Below, piece by piece: positions 56,873 through 64,000 of a stretch of DNA of 64,000 bases (position 1 is the stretch's first letter; the number at the start of each line of letters is the position of its first letter). The notes beneath the pieces were generated by a model. It made no database searches. It was not told where the DNA came from and saw nothing but the letters and a program-made list of their open reading frames with translations. The stretch lies in NCBI RefSeq assembly GCF_009914755.1, contig NC_060925.1. The stretch is one strand, 5' to 3'. Made by a program: the position numbers and the translations under genes. The stretch is from the human T2T-CHM13v2.0 reference genome, Homo sapiens.

Positions 56873-57269
56873 GGAGAGGTGGGTGAAGAGAGATTGGTAT
56901 ATGGGTAGAAACATAAATTCAGATCGAAAGAATAAATCATGATGTTCAATAGCAGAGCAGATTGAATATAGTTTGTGTATTTCAAAATAAATAGCAAACA
57001 GTCTTGAAATGTTCCTAACAAGAAAAATGATAAATGCTCGATGTGTTGGGTTTCCTAATTACCCTGACCTGATCATTACACATTCTACGCATGTAAAAAA
57101 ATGTTATATAATCCCAATAAATATGTACAAATCTTTTGTATCAATGAAACGTTCAAGAATAAAAAAAGTAGCAGTAGTGTAGGATGAAGTATAGAGTTCT
57201 AATATACAGCATGATGACTATAGTTAATAATCCTGTATTTGAAACTGGAAAATTACTATAGGAATAATG

Positions 57270-57532
57270 AGACATATCTGGACAACATAGTGAGGAACTA
57301 TTTCTACAAGAAGAAACAACAACAACAACAACAACAAACAACAAAATGTATCTAGTCATGGTGTTGTGTGCCTGTAGTCCTAGCTACCTGAGAGGCTGAG
57401 CTGTGAGGATCACTTGAGCTCATGAGTTTGAGGTAAGCTATGATTGTGACACTGCACTCCAACCTGATGACAGAGTGAGAGCCTGTTTTTAACTAAAAAA
57501 GAAAAAAAAAGAAAGAAAGAAAGATAAAGAAA
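57270..57532 (+). mobile_element. 5'-truncated AluJ with (CAA)n linker
   Basis: ctggacaacatagtgag...gcctgtagtcctagctac...ggatcacttgagc...cactgcactccaacctg. Confidence 0.88.
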
Positions 57533-57534
57533 AG

Positions 57535-58310
57535 TTATTCAATATTTTTACCCATCAGGGAAATGAAAATCAAAACCACAGAGAGATAACAGTTTACACC
57601 TACTAGGATGGCTATAATTTTAAAATTACAGCTGAAAACACGTATTTGTGAGTATGCAGAAAAATTTTAGGCTTTAACATTGTTAGCAGGAATGAAAAAT
57701 CGTGCATCTACTGTGCAGAACAGTTTGGCAGTATCTCAACATGTAAAACATATATTTACTCTATGATCTGGTAATTCCATTCCTAGATATTTACCCAAGA
57801 GAAATGAAAACTTATGTCTGCACAAAGACATGTACATAGGTGTTAATAGCACCATCATTCACAATAACCAAAAAATGGCAAGCTCAAAAATTCACATCAA
57901 CTGATGAAAGAAATGTGATGTATAAATGAATATTGTTTGCAATAAAATTAATGAAGAAATATATGTGCTTATAAATGCTGTATTGTAGTTGAAACTTGAA
58001 ACAATTTTTCCAAGTGAAGGAAACCCTTCACAAAATAATGCATATTCTATGATTTTATTTGTTTGAAATGTCCACAGTAAGCAAATTTATTGAAACAGAG
58101 AGTATATTAGTGATGCCCTAGGGCTGATGGTTTGGTGAGAAATGGGGAATGACTACTGATGACTACAGAATTTATTCTGGGTTGAAAAACGTTCTTAATT
58201 TGATGGTGATAATGTTTTCACAATTGCATAAATGTACTAAAAATTTGAATTGTATAATTTTAATGTGTGAAGTGTAACATACATGAATATACTCCTATAA
58301 AGTTTTTTAA
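57535..58310 (+). mobile_element. Old L1 (L1MB8/L1ME-like) ORF2 end and 3' UTR
   Basis: aaatcaaaaccaca..gagata...tacccaagagaaatgaaaacttatgtc..cacaaagac...gaaatgtccacagtaagcaaat. Confidence 0.85.
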
Positions 58311-58387
58311 AGTTACCTTATACTAACATGGAAATTATATGTGATGTTTTATCTCAAAAAGGGAGGATGAGATTAGAACTACTTAAT

Positions 58388-58483
58388 TTGATGTTTGTTG
58401 TTCTAAGCAGGCAAAACAGAGTGAAGGACCCGCCTGAATAATGCTCTCAGAGCATTTTGCCTGCTTAGAACAACAAACATCAA
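58388..58483. repeat. Perfect 29-bp inverted repeat with 38-bp spacer
   Basis: ttgatgtttgttgttctaagcaggcaaaa (58388-58416) and ttttgcctgcttagaacaacaaacatcaa (58455-58483). Confidence 0.97.
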
Positions 58484-59719
58484 TGCATTCCCAGGAGGAA
58501 CTAATCTTAAGGACATTACATTCACCTGTTTGCTTTTACCTTCATACTCTGTATTGTTTACATTCATCATTAGCTGTATTGATAATAAATTGAAGTAAAA
58601 GCAATTGAAGATGAGTCAAAGTTGTTGTTTTTATTAAATTTTGAACATAGTTGACGTTATATGTTTTGCCATTGTCCAGGTGAGTTTGGAAGAACTATGG
58701 TCTTTGATGACATCAATATGCTATGGGATCAATGTACTCTGAAGGAAGAACAAATTTAGTAGTTCTAATTGGGCTAATACTAAACATTATATATTAATCG
58801 TAATGGTACAGTTATTTACCAATTAAAATAAACATGTAAACAATCAAACCAACCACTAGTAAGTCATTCTTATCAAAATATACTGGCTTTCCCGTCTTCA
58901 CTTGGAATAATGCAATTATATTGTTTTCTTTTCCAGATTTGAAATAATATTTTTCAATGTTTTTCTCTTAAAATTTATAAATTAAATTTAAAAAAATTCC
59001 TTAGTGTATACTTACATACAAGTATCTATATAGTCACTGTTTTACTTATTTGATTGTGCTAGCAACAGTTATTTCTATCTGTAATGTTGATGGAACTTGA
59101 AACAATTTTTCCAAGGATATTGAAATAACTATCTCTAGTCCAGCAAAGAAGTAATGTGGAAAATAGGGAACATCTCCTACAACTCCAAAGACAGTTTGAT
59201 TTGTGGAAGAGGTAATAACTGACAAGAGCTGTACCATATATTATTGCCACTTTTAGAATGGTAGTAAACCAGGAACAAAATAAAGAAGTAAATAGCTAGA
59301 TCTCCTTCTTCTGTTTTTAGACTTCTCATTAGTGCTTCTCATTGTGAAAATAGTGAGTCATTCGATATAGTTACTCAAGTGATGCATTTCTTTCAGATAT
59401 GTCATATTTGACATCGAGTATATCCGAAAGAAAAGAATGGCACAAAAAAACAGGATGATATATTGAAAAACATAAGAAATACATTCAGGCAAAGCATGAG
59501 ATTCATGAAATAATCAATTATAAAATGTCTCTTAGGTCTTCCTTTTTCCAAAAAAATAGACTTGACAAACTACCTACACTTTTTTCAGCTCAATATAAAA
59601 ATTAAAAAAAACTTGATGTAAAACCCATCTTCACTCCTACGAGCCTTAAAGGCCAGTTACAGTGACAATCTGTGAGTTGTTTAATCACATCTAGTCTGAA
59701 TAGAACAAAAAATAATTTC

Positions 59720-60959
<1,240 letters not shown>

Positions 60960-61190
60960 AAAATAACTTCATATGTAGCTTCTATTAATAATTAAAGTAA
61001 AAATATAATTACATATAGTATTTTATTTAGAAAAGGAAAATGTCATTCAGGTTTGTTGAATTACATCATCCTATGGTGAGGATAACTTTAAGATAGTAGA
61101 TACCCACAAAGAAGTCTTATCATTCTATTGTGAATATATATAATCTACATTCTCTATAAGATGAGGCACCAAAACCCTTTATAAATCTGA

Positions 61191-61582
<392 letters not shown>

Positions 61583-62171
61583 CAAAAAATTTTTATTGAC
61601 ACTTTCAGTTCTATTATATTCCTGGAAAAATATACCTATTATTTTGTTGTTGTTACTAATTTTGTAGAGAGCTTCAAAAAGTTGCATTTTTTTTTTTTGC
61701 AATTCTTTTGTCAAGAATATCTTATTTAAAATTTCTGGGCTGCTTGGACTTCCGGAGAAGAATGATCACTTCTGGTGTTTCTTCACAAATGAGAGGAAGA
61801 GATTGAAGACTCTGAAGTAAAGAAAGAAATGGAACAGATGAAGGCAAGGCATTGGATAATTACAGGGTGCAATTACATTGAAATTACAGTACTAATGCTA
61901 GTTAATACAAATAATACATAGTTGGTCTCTATATAATCAGATCTTTCTTTTAACCTGTTCAAACTTTATTAAATGCCTTGGGAAAATATATTATGCATAT
62001 TATCCCATGTAAATATTAAATGCAATATATGTGTATAAGGTTTTTAAGAGTAAAACTTCATAAACTATAAGTATTATAATTACTTTTTATTAGTATAGGC
62101 TATACATATACCCTTTCAAAAATTTTTGATTTTAGAGCACAATGTTTTTCATTCCTAACCAGCTCATAGTA

Positions 62172-62878
62172 TGACATAGTTTTGATGTTGATACCCTCCA
62201 AATCTGCAATGTTGGAGGCAATGCTTAATGGGAGGTGTCTGGATCATGAGGCCAGATCTTGCATGAATATCTTGGTGATATCCTTGAAGTAATGAGTGAG
62301 TTCTTGCTCTACTATTAGGTTCTGTGAGAAATGATTTTTAAAAAGAGCTTGGCATCTCCCTACCCTCTCTCTTGCCACCCCTCTTGTCATGTGATCTCTG
62401 CACACATTAACTCCCCTTTGCCTTTTGTGATGAGTGGAAGCGTCCTGAGGCCCTCACCGGAGTTATGCTTCTTGTACGGCATGGAAAACTGTAAACCAGG
62501 ACAGGTGCTGTGGCTTACACCTGTAACCAGCACTTTGGGCAGATCACTTGAGATCAGGAGTTTGAGACCAGCCTGCCCAACATGGTGAAACCCTCTCTCT
62601 ACTAAAACCAGCTGGATGTGGTGGCACACACCTGTAATCACAGCTACTCAGGAAGTAGACTCAGGAATTACTTGAACCCGGGAGGTTGAGGTTGCAGTGA
62701 GCTGAGATCGTGCCACTGCACTCCAGCCTGAGTGGCAGAGTGAGGCTCTGTCAAAACAACAACAACAACAACAAAAACAAACAAACAAACAAAGAACTAT
62801 GAGTCAAATAAATCTCTTTCCTTTATAAATTGATTAATTGCCCAGGTATTCCTTTATAACAACACAGAGTCAGACAAG
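62172..62878 (+). mobile_element. MST (MSTB/B1-like) MaLR LTR split by an Alu
   Basis: ccctccaaatct...gtaatgagtgagttcttgctct...catgtgatctctgcacac...aataaatctctttcctttataaatt...ggtattcctttata. Confidence 0.85.
62499..62793 (+). mobile_element. AluS with small internal deletions and (CAA/CAAA)n tail
   Basis: gatcacttgagatcaggagtttgagaccagcc...; degenerate TSD aactgtaaacca / aactatgagtca. Confidence 0.92.
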
Positions 62879-64000
62879 TTACTTCACATATTATAAGCAG
62901 CATTGACATGTGGAAAGGTTATAATTTTGATGCAAATATTAAAAGGATTTTTAGGAAAATTTGCAAATCTCAAACTGTGTCAGAAACATTAGTAATTCAC
63001 TATTACAATAAAACAGAAATCACTTACATATAGATTATATGATTATAAATATCTAGGTTGATTTCACTCTTGGATCAAATTTTACTGTTATATTTAAAAT
63101 ATAAATTTATCATTGGAAACATATTCTTTTCTAAACGAAAACTAGAATGGTTTACTAATGTATTTTGGGGGCATATTTGATATTTATTAATAAAGGTTCT
63201 CTGTGAAGTAACGTGATATTAGATTATTTTTATAGCAAACTCTGTTTTTAGCTTCTCAACAAATTGCATATGCTAGCCCTGAGGAAAAATTTTAAAAATT
63301 CTGTCCATTTGGATTTTTCACCCTTATTTATCTCCTAAATACATATTTTTCCTTGAGTATCAAGAGTCTTAAAACTTTTACTACTAAAATATTGTTTGCT
63401 AAAGTAATTATAAATACAAATTTGTTTAAGAGCTATAAATATTTTATAAGTTAAGAATTATTATATATCATTAGTTCCTTCCATTATATTAAATATATTT
63501 GCATAAGTATATAAAAGAAATAATGAGGAAAAAATAGGTAGAAAGTATTAAGTGCAGCCGTGTATTTAATTCCAGGATATTGCTATGGCTCTTACAAATC
63601 CAAATGGGAAATATTAAATAAAGAAACACCACCTGTGCATAGAAAACAATTTTAATAATTAAAGTGGGTTACTTTTCCCTATGATTACAAGTGTTTTGTT
63701 GTTGTTGTTGTTGTTGGTTTTACAAAATATGTTAAGATAACCAAAGAAACTTTTTTAAAAGTCTCAGCAGTTATGTTTTTAACTCAAGGATAATGAATAA
63801 AACAATTTTTAGTTTATGTTCTAAGCAATGAAACAGTCTAACAGTTGAATCACATTAATTACAGAGTTGCTGGATAAAAAAAAAAAAGTATAATTGAAAT
63901 CACTACTTTTCTCCCAATTTTACTTGTTTGGAACGTATAGAATAGGGAAGTTTTAAAATAATATGGCTTTAAAGTCTTCAAAAATAGGGTTAATAACGTT

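Larger units (their letters stand above)
53780..57150 (+). mobile_element. L1MA-like element, ORF2 to 3' UTR, with deletions; interrupted by THE1 and an AT-rich tract
   Basis: ORF 56577-56774 ends SFAATWMELEDIMSSEISQAQKGKCCIFLLVCGS (ORF2p C-terminus); 3' UTR taattaccctgacctgatcattacacattcta. Confidence 0.9.

Noticed and set aside
56848-56886. G-quadruplex-like (GGT)n/G-run
   Set aside because: Mostly GG tracts in the usual G-rich part of an L1 3' UTR; not distinctive.

Overview
AT-rich, gene-poor primate genomic DNA, most likely human (a 3' L1 fragment at 43.4-43.7 kb carries the ACG diagnostic of L1HS pre-Ta). I find no credible protein-coding exon or RNA gene. The window is a stack of retrotransposons (about 12 Alus, L1s from old L1M to L1HS, solo LTRs of THE1/MST/MLT1/MER21/LOR1/LTR1-like/MER74-like families, MIR) and DNA-transposon fossils (MER5, two MER1B, two MADE1), plus one full-length, disabled GAPDH processed pseudogene (minus strand, ~59.72-60.96 kb) with poly(A), TSD and a mutated catalytic cysteine. 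Nearly all ORFs in the track are repeat-derived or chance. I do not see a new gene system. The unusual signal is structural: several local, apparently templated rearrangements. These are (i) a 454-bp internal piece of an L1PA moved ~690 bp downstream into a MIR-like fragment, (ii) a MADE1 palindrome whose centre holds a copy of a neighbouring Alu segment, (iii) a perfect 29-bp inverted repeat in otherwise unique DNA, (iv) quasi-palindrome template-switch scars in an AluY and an L1, (v) two MER1B copies independently hit by Alus at the same palindromic arm, and (vi) two 5'-inverted L1s. Repeat subfamily names come from my recall of consensus sequences, not from a database search, and boundaries of old elements are approximate.
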